In this document: in pieces, positions 22,852 through 33,541 of the stretch | Position numbering within the stretch: the stretch's first letter is position 1 | Layout: every line of letters begins with the position of its first letter | Source: a bacterium | Lineage (GTDB): Bacteria > Patescibacteriota > Minisyncoccia > Phycocordibacterales > UBA5272 | NCBI GenBank assembly: GCA_027482685.1 | Contig: JAIXVU010000008.1 | Span: 4,652 to 68,651, forward strand | Direction: 5' to 3' | Length of the DNA: 64,000 nt | Translations under genes and position numbers: made by a program | The notes under the pieces: model-generated | Database searches by the model: none | What the model saw: only the letters and a program-made list of their open reading frames with translations | What the model was told of the DNA's origin: nothing

Positions 22852-23403
22852 TTATGCACTCATCAGCTTCTTGTATATCTCAACAAGAGCACGAGTATCA
22901 GCAAGAGCGGTGTGTGCTTTGCTATTTTCAACTTTTAACAAATCACATAAAAAGCGTAGAGAAAACTTATCTGCAGATGGGACATCATACAGCCTAGCAA
23001 AAGCAATTGAAATCGTGTCTAATTTTGCATAATGCATTTGGTTATCCACCCCAGTCTCGTCGAAAGCTTTCATGACAAAGGCATAATCAAAAACAAGGTT
23101 ATGTGACACGAATGTACAACTTTGTGTCTTCTTAGCAAATTCTTGCATTGCTTTTTTCCTATCTACCGCAAACATCCAGTCAACTTCATTATAACCATTT
23201 ACTCGAAGAGCTTGCTCATCGGCTGTATTTATGTGTTCTGGTTTTATCTTCCATTCGGCTTCTTCAATAATTTCAATTGACGGACCTTTACCTTCACGTG
23301 TTACTTGTCTTGCGATAATAACAGCAAGTTCTATTATTTCATGTCTATTAGGATCTGTGCCTGTTGTTTCTGTGTCAATAAATGCAAGATTGTGTACTTT
23401 CAT
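22852..23403 (-). CDS. DEDDh 3'-5' exonuclease (DnaQ-like)
   Basis: FIDTETTG, HNLVFD and HTALAD. Confidence 0.9.
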   Translation of the reverse strand: MKVHNLAFIDTETTGTDPNRHEIIELAVIIARQVTREGKGPSIEIIEEAEWKIKPEHINTADEQALRVNGYNEVDWMFAVDRKKAMQEFAKKTQSCTFVSHNLVFDYAFVMKAFDETGVDNQMHYAKLDTISIAFARLYDVPSADKFSLRFLCDLLKVENSKAHTALADTRALVEIYKKLMSA

Positions 23404-23484
23404 ATAATCTATTCTAGGACTAATAAGTAAATGTGGTGTTACCTAGCATACCACAACACATCATCAGTAACATAGGCATATATA

Positions 23485-24375
23485 TCACCTAAGGTATTTA
23501 TCGATATTCTTCTTATGTTCATCATAGGTCTTAGCATAGTACATATTGCCATCATTGCCAGTTATATAGTAAAGATAAGGACTTTCTGTCGGATATATCA
23601 CCGCCCGCATCGCAACAATACCAGGGTTATTAATAATACGAGCTGGTATCCCTTTGCGAGCATATGTTTCAAGAGCAACATCAACCTGTAATGGCATTCC
23701 TATCTCCAAGCGTTTCTTTAAAATACCTGATACGATTTTCATATCCACTTCTCCTTTCGCTTCCCCCTCAAGAATCGCAGCAAGGGATATGAGGTCACGT
23801 TTTGTATCAAGCCATGACGGAAGTGAGGTTGTACCAAACGCAATCGAATACTCTTTATCAAACGTATCCGTTAATATCTCGATGCTTTTTGATTCTGTTG
23901 TGGAAGGTAGCAGGAAGTAGGTTGATGGAAACAAAATACCTGTAGCTTTTTTTTCTATCACTGTATCTAAAAATTTCTGCTTGGAAAAGAGAGGTAAGGC
24001 GGATGCTAAAAGATTAGCAACCTCCTCATCAGTACTACCTTCAGGAATAGTGACAGCAACTAGTGGCTTCGTTGGACCAATAAGCGTCAACCTATCAACC
24101 AAAAGAGCAAGGGGTAACCTGGTATCAAAAAAATACTCCCCGAGCTGTACATGTCTATCTCTTTTTCCAAACGATACCCATATACGAAACACGAGTGCGG
24201 AGTGAGTATATCCTTCTGATTCTAATCGAGCGCTGACACTGCTTAAGCTTTCTCCTTCATTTACTATAAATGACTGGTTAATTGGAAATGCACTAGGTGC
24301 GGTAAAAAGACGAAAGATAAAATATATACACAATACTATACCTACTATACCAATCAAGTACTGTCGTAATCGCAT
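23485..24375 (-). CDS. mltG: Endolytic transglycosylase MltG
   Basis: VTIPEG, LFPSTY, AAILEGE, GMPLQVD, INNPG, YLYY...YAKTYDEH. Confidence 0.9.
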   Translation of the reverse strand: MRLRQYLIGIVGIVLCIYFIFRLFTAPSAFPINQSFIVNEGESLSSVSARLESEGYTHSALVFRIWVSFGKRDRHVQLGEYFFDTRLPLALLVDRLTLIGPTKPLVAVTIPEGSTDEEVANLLASALPLFSKQKFLDTVIEKKATGILFPSTYFLLPSTTESKSIEILTDTFDKEYSIAFGTTSLPSWLDTKRDLISLAAILEGEAKGEVDMKIVSGILKKRLEIGMPLQVDVALETYARKGIPARIINNPGIVAMRAVIYPTESPYLYYITGNDGNMYYAKTYDEHKKNIDKYLR

Positions 24376-24379
24376 AGCT

Positions 24380-25900
24380 CTATTGTGGGAGATTAACTGG
24401 TGCGACTCCCTTAGCACTATCAATACGCGGAAGAGTAGGTGTTCCAGCTACTGCTCCAGGGAAGTGCCACAAGGTAGCGAGTTCCTCTAAATTTAAACAG
24501 CTAACCTCAGCATGCGGGTGATCAAAGGGATGAAATATGGATTCATATAACATACGAAACCTTTTACGAGCTTTTCCACCGTGCTCCCAAAAGAATATAT
24601 CCTCCCATTTATCAAGAGAATCACGAGGCCCTGCATGTGGAAAGAATCCTTCTCGTTCAACAAATGCCTCAAACATCTCTTCCTTACGCCACGGAACTCT
24701 TTTACCAAAAGTATTTTGCCAAGGAAAGTCATAATTATCTACAGTGCTTAAACTAAAAGCATTTCCAGGTGTATTTCCACTATTATTGAAATGTCTCATG
24801 ATAGCAAGTGTGGTTGGAATATACTGCCCCTTCACTACGTCTTTTTTTGCTATATAAATGAGGCGAATAATTGTACGCACGATAGGCTTGGATAATTTAC
24901 GATTTATTTGTTCTATTTCATCTTTTTCTTCTTGTGTTAACGATACCTCCCCTTTACTAACTTCTTTTGGTTTATCAAAATTATATGTAATTGGCTCTGA
25001 GCCAATAATTTTCCCATCAGCATCTTTTATATCTTTCGTTTTCGGATTGCCGTAGTCATCATAAACAGGGTCTCCTTTTTTAAGAACTGCCGCGGTTCGT
25101 ATTTGCTTCTTGCGTGCATTTGCCATGTCGGCAAGTGACATATGTTCGTGAGACTCCTCATTAAGGTATGTTTTTGGTAAAACTTTACCGTTATGTTTAC
25201 TATCATCCTGCACCAAAATCTGGAACCATCCATATTCATCTTTACTAAGTGAACCGAAAAATTCTAATAATGGTGTTATTGGATCAGTCTTAAACTCTTC
25301 TTTTGGATCTTTATCAAGTCCGTAATCAACATACGTTTTGAGAGGTAGGTAGTCTGCCTTCATTGTATAGTCCCCACCATCTTTTTTATACGTATTACCA
25401 TTTTTATCTCTTGGAGTCCAAGTTTTACTAAGTGGATACATATTCCCCCACATATCTACATCCTTAGAGAGATGATGATAACGAATTCTAGATGTATAAT
25501 CATCAGCTTCAATAATCTCTATGCCTGGATACTGCGCATAAAGGTTTGCCTCAATAAGTGAGCGAAATTTTTTATGTGTTCGTATGTAAAAATGTATCAC
25601 ACCCTCAAGAGAAGCTATCTCTAGTGAGAAAAAATTAAGCATTTGCCCCTTAACGTTGCGATCATACCACGTACCTACGCCACTATTCTGAAGAAGAGCA
25701 CTTAAAGCAACTTCCATAGCAAGTGGAGATTTGAAAATATCTCGAGGTAATTTAATCTCAAGCAAGATACAGTCTTTTTGATACTTATTCAACCATTTCT
25801 GATTGATATACATCTTCCAAAATCGCCAACACCATGCACACACAAGAAGAAATGCAAAAAGATAAAATAAAACAAGAGTTACATCAATTAGAAACTGCAT
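24380..25900 (-). CDS. Conserved hypothetical membrane-anchored protein (CPR-type)
   Basis: N-terminal TM; LLEIKLP, SLEIAS...IHFYIR, YAQYPGIEIIEADDY, LNLEELATLWHFP and APVNLP, a pattern recalled from Parcubacteria proteins. Confidence 0.7.
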   Translation of the reverse strand: MQFLIDVTLVLFYLFAFLLVCAWCWRFWKMYINQKWLNKYQKDCILLEIKLPRDIFKSPLAMEVALSALLQNSGVGTWYDRNVKGQMLNFFSLEIASLEGVIHFYIRTHKKFRSLIEANLYAQYPGIEIIEADDYTSRIRYHHLSKDVDMWGNMYPLSKTWTPRDKNGNTYKKDGGDYTMKADYLPLKTYVDYGLDKDPKEEFKTDPITPLLEFFGSLSKDEYGWFQILVQDDSKHNGKVLPKTYLNEESHEHMSLADMANARKKQIRTAAVLKKGDPVYDDYGNPKTKDIKDADGKIIGSEPITYNFDKPKEVSKGEVSLTQEEKDEIEQINRKLSKPIVRTIIRLIYIAKKDVVKGQYIPTTLAIMRHFNNSGNTPGNAFSLSTVDNYDFPWQNTFGKRVPWRKEEMFEAFVEREGFFPHAGPRDSLDKWEDIFFWEHGGKARKRFRMLYESIFHPFDHPHAEVSCLNLEELATLWHFPGAVAGTPTLPRIDSAKGVAPVNLPQ

Positions 25901-26034
25901 ATATGATAAAGTATACCAAAGTTAGGATATAGGGACTAGGGATTAAGGTTTAAGTGACTTGGATACAAAGATACAAAAAGCGACGCCTGCGGCGTCGCTT
26001 TTTGACTAGTCCCTAACCTCTAACAATCTAGTAT

Positions 26035-27063
26035 CTAAATTAGAGTATACTCTCCTGCTATTTTTTTGAAGTGTTTTGCATTTTGTAGATTTACAAGTAC
26101 CGTGTTTGGCTTTACTACACGCTTTACAAGAACACGCTTGATTACTTCATCTTTTGGAAGAGGACGACCTGCTTCTTTGAGAACTTCCGTAATCACATCA
26201 CGAACAACTCCGCCTGTATGACCCCAATCCTTAAGACCGTACATTCCACGACCAACTAGTACAAAACGTGGATCCTTAATAAGCTCATTGTGACAGGTTG
26301 CAACGTGAGCCTTCTTACCAAAAGTCTTATTTATCTCTTGTGCAACTTCTTTAAAGTGCATAGGTCGATTAGCACGGCGCATAATGAGATACGCGTAATC
26401 CTTTATACCGCGAGCCTTCACATGAGGAGATGTCATGCGACCCCATTCGTTTAGCTGGTTCTTGCCGATTACTTTTGAAAGCGTAAGATAACGCTTGATG
26501 ATATCTTTGTTGTTTTTGTATTCACTTACAAGCTCTGTAAGATGTCCCATAAAGCGATTAAATACCTCTTCTTCGCTAATAAGATCTTCTTCTCCGATGC
26601 CGTCATGAAGTTTACCGAGTGATCCACGAACATGGTTACCGGTAACCTCATCAACACTAAAATGTGCGGTAAAGTTATCATCTTCCTTATGCTTTTTGAA
26701 ATCATCATGAAGCGCGAGATAGAGCATAATGTGATTCTGGATAATAGGATCTTTTGATATATATTTCATCAGATGATCCTCAGATACTACAGACCCTAAA
26801 TCCTTGATAATACTTTTGAGCTCATCAAACACAAAAGCATGCTCCTTGTAATCCTTTGACTTTCTGATAGAGGCAAGAGCAAAGTTCTCAATCTGACGAA
26901 CACGCTCACGTGTAATGTCGTATGTCTTACCGATTGCTTCAAGTGTCATACGGTTTTCCTTCTCGAGCCCATAACGATTAACCACAATCTCGCGAGTTCG
27001 CGGGTTAAGAGTTGTGAGCAGCTTTTTTGAAACAGCTTTTGGTTTAAATGTGATACCTGGCAT
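26035..27063 (-). CDS. Sigma-70 region 4 domain fused to HARE-HTH/RpoE-like winged helices
   Basis: TLEAIGKTYDITRERVRQIE; HNELIKDPRFVLVGRGMYGLKDW. Confidence 0.8.
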   Translation of the reverse strand: MPGITFKPKAVSKKLLTTLNPRTREIVVNRYGLEKENRMTLEAIGKTYDITRERVRQIENFALASIRKSKDYKEHAFVFDELKSIIKDLGSVVSEDHLMKYISKDPIIQNHIMLYLALHDDFKKHKEDDNFTAHFSVDEVTGNHVRGSLGKLHDGIGEEDLISEEEVFNRFMGHLTELVSEYKNNKDIIKRYLTLSKVIGKNQLNEWGRMTSPHVKARGIKDYAYLIMRRANRPMHFKEVAQEINKTFGKKAHVATCHNELIKDPRFVLVGRGMYGLKDWGHTGGVVRDVITEVLKEAGRPLPKDEVIKRVLVKRVVKPNTVLVNLQNAKHFKKIAGEYTLI

Positions 27064-27134
27064 TTGGGTTTTTAATTTAGTAGTCTTATTCTACTATAAC
27101 TTGCCAAAAACGTCAAATTAGTATCAAATAAAAA

Positions 27135-29579
27135 TCAAAGAACGATATTAACAAGACGGTTTTTGACGAATATAATTTTCTTAGGTTCTGCATTTTCTAT
27201 ATATTTCTTATATATATCAAGGGTTTTTAGCAATTCTATAACTGCTTCTTCTTCTAAGTCTTTCGGTGTGATAAACGTCCCTCGTAACTTACCAGCTACC
27301 TGAAAAGCATATGTTACCTCACTTTCTATCATAAGAGACTCATCTGGAAGTGGCCAACCTGAGGTGTGGATAGAGGTCGTATAACCTAGATTCTTCCATA
27401 GTTCCTCGGTAATAAATGGTGCAAATGGTGCAAGAATCTTCAGGAACATTTCAAAGTCACCTTTCGCGATTTTGTCTTTCTTCTCAAACTCATTCACACA
27501 GATCATGAGGGACGATATCGCTGTGTTAAATGCAGTACTATCTATGTCACGGCTGACTTTTACAATGGTCTGATGGATTATAGGAAGAGACGGAGTATTC
27601 ACTACTACCTTACCTGCACACTTTTCTACTTTATCCATGAACCTACTCACTCCAACTATTGCCTTGTCATCCCATGCAACAGACTGATCAAAAGGACCTA
27701 TAAACATCTCATATACTCGCAGCACATCAGCACCATATTCTGTAATTATTTTATCTGGATTAACAACATTACCAAGTGACTTGCTCATCTTTACACCTCC
27801 TGCACCTAGTATCATTCCTTGAGATGTACGTTTATAGTATGGCTCGCTTGTTGGAACGATTCCGATATCAAAAAGGAACTTATACCAGAAACGTGAGTAC
27901 AGTAAGTGAAGCGTTGTATGCTCCATACCCCCGTTATACCAATCTACCGGCAACCATTTTGCAAGGAGATCCTTATCCCCTAACGCCTGATTATTCCTTG
28001 GATCAATATAACGCATAAAATACCATGATGAACCCGCCCACTGTGGCATTGTGTCAGTCTCACGACGAAATACTTCACCATTATCATCAGTTGTAAAATG
28101 CCCCGTAGAATCAATACGCCCTTTCACATTCACCCAGTCTGAGATTATCGCTAGCGGTGACTCACCATTATCTGTAGGTTCATATTTATCTACCATCGGT
28201 AACACTATTGGTAACTCACTCTCTGCAACTGGATACATAGTTCCATCCTTGTCGTATACAACTGGTATAGGCTCCCCCCAATATCGCTGACGAGCAAATA
28301 CCCAATCACGGAGTTTAGATTTGATGACAATCTTACCTCCAACTGCTTCAGTGATTTTCTTACGAGCAACTTCTGAAGTAAGTCCGTAGAAAACTCCCTC
28401 TTCAAAAACTTTTCCTTCTCCACAATAAGGTTTGTTGTTAACTAAATCTATAAATACTTGATCATCAACGAAAATAGCTTTCTTAATTGTAAGATTATAC
28501 TGCTTTGCGAATTCATAATCTCGCTCATCATGCGCTGGCACTGCCATGATTGCTCCTGTGCCATACTGAGGGAGAACATAGTCTGCGATGAAGACTGGAA
28601 CTTCTTCATTATTTGCAGGATTGATCGCAACTACACCTTCTAGCTTCACACCTGTTTTTTCTTTACCTTCTGCACTTCTATCAATATCCGTCTTTAATCG
28701 TGCGTTATCTTTGTATTCGGTCACCTCACTACTATTAGTAATAACATTATTAGAAAGCAACTCCATGACAAGCGGCTGTTCAGGTGCGAGCACGCAGTAC
28801 GTGCAACCAAAGAGCGTATCGGCACGAGTTGTAAAAATAGTAAAGGAACTTTCAAAAGACGCATCTTCAGATTTTATCTTAAAATCAATCTCACTCCCCT
28901 CTGATAGTCCGATCCAATTACGTTGTTGAGTTTTTATTTTTTCTAGATATGCTGTGTCATCAAGATCTTTATCTAGTCGCTCTGCATATTTGGTAATAGC
29001 AAGCATCCACTGTTCTTTGTTTTTCTTTTCAACCGTTGTGCCACAGCGCTCACATGCACCATCTACCACTTCTTCGTTAGCAAGCACACACTTATCCTTC
29101 GGACACCAGTTAACAGGCATCTCTTTTTTATATGCCAACCCCTTCTCATACATCTTTAGGAATATCCACTGAGTCCATTTATAATATTCTGGATCTGTAG
29201 TCTCGAACTTTCTCTCCCAATCAAATGAAAAACCGCAATCCATCATCTGACGCTCGAAGTTATCAATATTTTTGCGTGTCGTGATGCTTGGGTGTATACC
29301 AGTCTTGATAGCATAGTTTTCAGCTGGTAACCCAAAAGCGTCATACCCCATCGGAAAGAGCACTTCATACCCCTCACGACGTTTTTTGCGCGCTATAACA
29401 TCCATAGCGGTATAACTACGTACATGCCCAACATGAAGTCCTTCACCGGATGGATATGGAAACTCAACAAGTAAGAAAAGCTTCTTCTTATCTCTTGTTA
29501 CATCTGTACTATAGATACCATCATCCTTCCATTTCTTGGACCAGTAGTCACTTAGGGCTTTGTAATCTAGGTTACTCAT
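27135..29579 (-). CDS. leuS: Leucine--tRNA ligase
   Basis: FPYPSGEGLHVGH (HIGH), KMSKS and editing-domain GTGAIMAVPAHD. Confidence 0.97.
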   Translation of the reverse strand: MSNLDYKALSDYWSKKWKDDGIYSTDVTRDKKKLFLLVEFPYPSGEGLHVGHVRSYTAMDVIARKKRREGYEVLFPMGYDAFGLPAENYAIKTGIHPSITTRKNIDNFERQMMDCGFSFDWERKFETTDPEYYKWTQWIFLKMYEKGLAYKKEMPVNWCPKDKCVLANEEVVDGACERCGTTVEKKNKEQWMLAITKYAERLDKDLDDTAYLEKIKTQQRNWIGLSEGSEIDFKIKSEDASFESSFTIFTTRADTLFGCTYCVLAPEQPLVMELLSNNVITNSSEVTEYKDNARLKTDIDRSAEGKEKTGVKLEGVVAINPANNEEVPVFIADYVLPQYGTGAIMAVPAHDERDYEFAKQYNLTIKKAIFVDDQVFIDLVNNKPYCGEGKVFEEGVFYGLTSEVARKKITEAVGGKIVIKSKLRDWVFARQRYWGEPIPVVYDKDGTMYPVAESELPIVLPMVDKYEPTDNGESPLAIISDWVNVKGRIDSTGHFTTDDNGEVFRRETDTMPQWAGSSWYFMRYIDPRNNQALGDKDLLAKWLPVDWYNGGMEHTTLHLLYSRFWYKFLFDIGIVPTSEPYYKRTSQGMILGAGGVKMSKSLGNVVNPDKIITEYGADVLRVYEMFIGPFDQSVAWDDKAIVGVSRFMDKVEKCAGKVVVNTPSLPIIHQTIVKVSRDIDSTAFNTAISSLMICVNEFEKKDKIAKGDFEMFLKILAPFAPFITEELWKNLGYTTSIHTSGWPLPDESLMIESEVTYAFQVAGKLRGTFITPKDLEEEAVIELLKTLDIYKKYIENAEPKKIIFVKNRLVNIVL

Positions 29580-29661
29580 ATATACAACTATATCATTTCT
29601 CTATAAAAATAAGAAAAAGGCACCCCTTAGGGCGCCGTGTGATTTCTCCGAGTTTCTGATC

Positions 29662-30123
29662 TTATTTTCTGATAAGCTTGCAACGAAGTGCATTCCTTTC
29701 ATCCATCCATAGCTCACCGCACTTGTTCTGTCCTTTACCATCAGGACCGGAACCCCAAAATGCATCTGTTGTAGAAGCCTCACAGAGGCTGTGTGGGCAC
29801 GTTTCTAAGAGTACTTCGCACACCAGTGCATGCTGTTCGGTCTTGAGATGAATGAGTTCTCTCATTACGCCAACCTTGAGACATCCCCAATTATATCTCT
29901 TATTATGAGCATTCTTGGGATGATGCGCAATCCGCTTTGCTTCATATGGAGATGTTGCTGCGTGGATTGCGTTTATGATTTCTTGGTCGTCAAACTTTGC
30001 TGCTTGATACGCATGCTCAAGCGTTGGCCAAAGGCGTCCTCTGTACCGGATGGCAAACGGCGCAGTGTTATCGAGATAGTCAATTCTTGAAATATAGAAC
30101 TGCCCAGGTTTTTTGTTTGACAT
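29662..30123 (-). CDS. NADAR (YbiA-like) family protein
   Basis: WPTLEHAYQAAKF and EASTTDAFWGSGPDGKGQNKCGELWM. Confidence 0.88.
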   Translation of the reverse strand: MSNKKPGQFYISRIDYLDNTAPFAIRYRGRLWPTLEHAYQAAKFDDQEIINAIHAATSPYEAKRIAHHPKNAHNKRYNWGCLKVGVMRELIHLKTEQHALVCEVLLETCPHSLCEASTTDAFWGSGPDGKGQNKCGELWMDERNALRCKLIRK

Positions 30124-30244
30124 TCGTCATTCTCCGAAAAATATATGAAATGGAACTACTATCCAAAAAAGATACTAAACTGTTTGAAGTCGAAAGTCAA
30201 AGAGTGGCGCCGTAGGCGCCACTCTTTGAAGAAATCTGCACAAC

Positions 30245-30371
30245 AAATAGTTTTAAAATTATATTGGATACGCGAAGAGCAGATGTTTTTTGAAAGAAGA
30301 CATACTCAAACGTACGGCGACTGACGAAAACATCGCTCGACAAAGTAGACGAAGTGATTTTAGAACTATTT
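30245..30371. repeat. RPE-like palindromic element, copy 1
   Basis: Terminal IR aaatagttttaaaatta/tgattttagaactattt; core catactcaaacgtacg; homologous to 39104..39227. Confidence 0.65.
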
Positions 30372-31469
30372 CCCGTAGTACATGTCGGAGGATATAACAC
30401 GCTTAAAACAAGTCCTCTCTGCATCGTGATTCCAAAATGGTGACTGGTCGTACTCATAGTAATAGTTATTCGCAGAATAGAACTTAGACCCATCCATCTG
30501 CATACCACGACTATCTATTGCACGCTTAGTCTCAAATGTTGCACACAGCTCAAAGACTCCTTCTGTTACAAGTTCTTTTTTATTAAGTGTGAAGTTCATC
30601 TTAATCACAGGTTGCTGAATAACTTTATACTCATACGCATTTTTCGTAACTGGATCAACTGGTACAGAGAATCCTTGTAAAGCACTTGTCAACTCATCAA
30701 TAGTAAGTGGAAGCTTATCTGTTGTTTGGAAACGTCCTAATATTTGGCTTTGAATATTAGAGAGGTCGGTTAAACGAGTGCTGTCGATTTTCTTTGCTCG
30801 CATTTCGCTTGGAGTGCCTATTATCCTTACACTCCAGATGAGCGCACTTACCACTATAATAGCTGCAACAATACTTACAATAAACGGTATCTTTGTTTCC
30901 TTACTATAATCACGTTTCACTGAGTAGAAGTAATAACCAAACACAGAGAGCGCTACCGCAAATACAGAGAGCGCCTTATAGCCAAATCGTACTGACAACT
31001 CTCCTCCTAGATATGTATAGATGACAGAGACTAGTGTGCCAATAAGTGTACAGATAGTCACAAATATCGCAAGGTAGATCATTACCTTTCGTATGGTAAG
31101 GTCACGCTTGTATGTAAACTTTGCAATATCACGAGCAACATACCATGAAAGTCCAATATAAAGAGGGAACATGACAACAAGAGTTGCAATAGCCAACCTT
31201 ACATCGCTGTTGCTTGCATCGACATACTGCATGCCATTTAAGATATCAGGAAACTTTCTATCTATTGCTGTAAAAAGTATCGTAAGTAGATTCGTAACAC
31301 TCACTACAAGTGAAATACCGATACCTAGGTACACAAATACATCAAGTGCTTTTGTTTTTGTATCATTCATATATTTTTTTGAAAAGAAAAGTGAATAAAC
31401 CAATGTTCCAACTAATACGACGGGAACGAGAAGTGCTAAGATAACCCCAAATACTGCTGTTACTACCAT
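30366..31469 (-). CDS. DUF5671-like membrane protein with C-terminal extracytoplasmic domain
   Basis: DVFVYL...IATLVVMFPLY...RKVMIYL...GELSVRFGYK; DSTRLTDL...DPVTKNAYEY...FELCATF. Confidence 0.7.
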   Translation of the reverse strand: MVVTAVFGVILALLVPVVLVGTLVYSLFFSKKYMNDTKTKALDVFVYLGIGISLVVSVTNLLTILFTAIDRKFPDILNGMQYVDASNSDVRLAIATLVVMFPLYIGLSWYVARDIAKFTYKRDLTIRKVMIYLAIFVTICTLIGTLVSVIYTYLGGELSVRFGYKALSVFAVALSVFGYYFYSVKRDYSKETKIPFIVSIVAAIIVVSALIWSVRIIGTPSEMRAKKIDSTRLTDLSNIQSQILGRFQTTDKLPLTIDELTSALQGFSVPVDPVTKNAYEYKVIQQPVIKMNFTLNKKELVTEGVFELCATFETKRAIDSRGMQMDGSKFYSANNYYYEYDQSPFWNHDAERTCFKRVISSDMYYGK

Positions 31470-31506
31470 TCCTCAATTCTACCACTTGTATGATATAGTG
31501 GGAAGT

Positions 31507-32016
31507 ATGAGTATTTCCCCTTCACAAAACCCCATAGAAAAGCTTGAAAATATGGCAATATCTCTAACTCGAGGTATAGGATCCATATGGTCAGTGATCA
31601 TCCATACACTCCTTTTCGCAAGTGCTTTTATTTCTATTCTATTGGGGGCAGATGTCGACAGGGTGCTGCTTGTTCTTACTACCATTGTCTCACTCGAAGC
31701 AATTTATCTCTCAATATTCATCCAGATGAGTGTCAACAACCAGGCAAAAGCTATAGCAAGTGTAGAGAAGGATATTGATGAAATTTCTCATGATGTAGAA
31801 GAAATTGCAGAGGATGTGGAAGGCATCGCAGAAGATGTTGAGGAAATTGCTGAAGACGTTGAAGAAATTGCTGAAGATGTAGAGGACATCCAAGAAGACA
31901 TGGAAGAGATTCAAGAAGATGTAGAAGGCATCCAAGAGGATATCGATGAGATACAGGAGGATGTTGAAGAGATTCAAGAGGCAGAGGATGACTCAGAAAA
32001 GAAACTTACTGCCTAG
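31507..32016 (+). CDS. DUF1003-like membrane protein with acidic heptad-repeat tail
   Basis: LTTIVSLEAIYLSIFIQMSVN followed by about ten EEIAEDV-type repeats. Confidence 0.75.
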   Translation: MSISPSQNPIEKLENMAISLTRGIGSIWSVIIHTLLFASAFISILLGADVDRVLLVLTTIVSLEAIYLSIFIQMSVNNQAKAIASVEKDIDEISHDVEEIAEDVEGIAEDVEEIAEDVEEIAEDVEDIQEDMEEIQEDVEGIQEDIDEIQEDVEEIQEAEDDSEKKLTA

Positions 32017-32752
32017 TCTTTGTTATAGTGGCGACTATTGCCATATGATCACTTACACCGTCAACAAGCTTAACATCTGAAGCGCTATACTCAGGTGTAG
32101 TGAATAATCCATCAACCATAAACTGAAGACCTTTTACACGATGAAGATTCTGGTCAAGGCTTGTAGTATAGTGCTTAGGAATGTTATCTTTATACTTTTC
32201 TACAATTTTTGTAAATGTTGCGTTTCCACGTGGTGCATTAAAATCTCCTACAAGGACAACCCCCTGTAACGAGTCCAAGTACTTAGACAAAGGTTCTACT
32301 ATCTCAAGCTGATGTGGAGTTGACTCTCCGCGAACCGTAACAGGAAAATGAGTGTTTGCAATAGTGTATACCTGACCGTCTTCTCCTAGCATACTAACGT
32401 GTACAACTACATAATTTTTCTGTAGATTTTCATCTTTATTATATTCATCAAACACGATACTTACATTCTCTTCCCTGCCCCAGTAAAAGCAATAACCGCT
32501 ATGTAGTATGTTCTTTGCAAAAATAGCATTCCCCTGTTTCTTGCCATGTTTATTTTTATAATGCTCTAAGTTCGAATTCTCATACATAAAAGCTTTATAA
32601 ACCCCTTCCATTCCTAACCGTTCCTTAATTACAAGAAAGTCATCTTCAAGTACTTCCTGTAAACAGATTATATCCGCATTCTCTTTCTCAAAAAATGGAA
32701 AAATTAAATCGTAGTGAAAATCTGTTTCTATGTTAAGTGAAATTAGCCTCAT
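32006..32752 (-). CDS. Endonuclease/exonuclease/phosphatase family protein
   Basis: ISLNI, DIICLQE, NTH, GDFN and SDH. Confidence 0.88.
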   Translation of the reverse strand: MRLISLNIETDFHYDLIFPFFEKENADIICLQEVLEDDFLVIKERLGMEGVYKAFMYENSNLEHYKNKHGKKQGNAIFAKNILHSGYCFYWGREENVSIVFDEYNKDENLQKNYVVVHVSMLGEDGQVYTIANTHFPVTVRGESTPHQLEIVEPLSKYLDSLQGVVLVGDFNAPRGNATFTKIVEKYKDNIPKHYTTSLDQNLHRVKGLQFMVDGLFTTPEYSASDVKLVDGVSDHMAIVATITKTRQ

Positions 32753-32791
32753 GTTTCAAAATAATTTTAGTAACATAGCACCATCCATAAA

Positions 32792-33130
32792 CTACTCAAA
32801 CATATGCAGTACCCAATTGATAAGTGAAAGAACTATAGAAAAATAAATTGCATACAAAAAAGACGGGATAACAAATCCGGGAACAATATAGCTTGCAAGT
32901 ACAATCATTGCACCATTAATAACAAATGAAAATAAGCCTAGTGTGATAGCTGTTATTGGAAGCGATATTATTGATATAATAGGCTTAATCGTTGTATTAA
33001 TCACCGCAAGCACGAGCGCCACAACAAATGCCGTCCACCCTGTAGCTAGCGTAAAAGTAATCGGTACACCAACCTTAGTAATATAACTTGTTGCAAGAAC
33101 TGATAATGTACGAATGATAAAATATCTCAT
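32792..33130 (-). CDS. 4-TM phage-holin-like (YvlD) membrane protein
   Basis: INTTIKPII...LPITAITLGLFSFVING. Confidence 0.85.
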   Translation of the reverse strand: MRYFIIRTLSVLATSYITKVGVPITFTLATGWTAFVVALVLAVINTTIKPIISIISLPITAITLGLFSFVINGAMIVLASYIVPGFVIPSFLYAIYFSIVLSLINWVLHMFE

Positions 33131-33139
33131 AGTAATTAG

Positions 33140-33523
33140 TTAGGATTGAAGTAATCTCTGCACTTCTTCAAGTTCTTCTGTCGATGCTTTGTATACATTA
33201 GACTTATCAAAATCACCTGGCGTGTTCGCTGGTACCAGATGAACATGGGCATGTGGAATACCAAAGCCTTCAATAAAAACACAAACACGTTCACATTTAA
33301 GTTGCGCCCTCATAACTTGCGCAATATATCTCACACGATGCATCATGTGGTCAAACATTTTTTCTTCAATGTCAAAAAACTGATCAACTTCTACCTTTGG
33401 GACGACGAGCACATGACCTTTTTTAATCGGATTGATGTCTAGGAATGCACACACATAGTCATCCTCATAAATTTTATATCCAGGAATCTCTTCATTAATA
33501 ATTTGTGTAAAGATAGATGCCAT
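33140..33523 (-). CDS. HIT family hydrolase
   Basis: AFLDINP...GHVLVVPK and HAHVH. Confidence 0.92.
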   Translation of the reverse strand: MASIFTQIINEEIPGYKIYEDDYVCAFLDINPIKKGHVLVVPKVEVDQFFDIEEKMFDHMMHRVRYIAQVMRAQLKCERVCVFIEGFGIPHAHVHLVPANTPGDFDKSNVYKASTEELEEVQRLLQS

Positions 33524-33541
33524 ATTCGAAAGTATACATCT

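Noticed and set aside
31770-31985. 21-nt tandem repeats as a CRISPR array
   Set aside because: No unique spacers; the repeats are in-frame coding with synonymous variation; no cas genes in the window
32792-33130. Prophage inferred from the holin-like gene
   Set aside because: YvlD-type 4-TM proteins are common chromosomal genes and the neighbours are housekeeping genes
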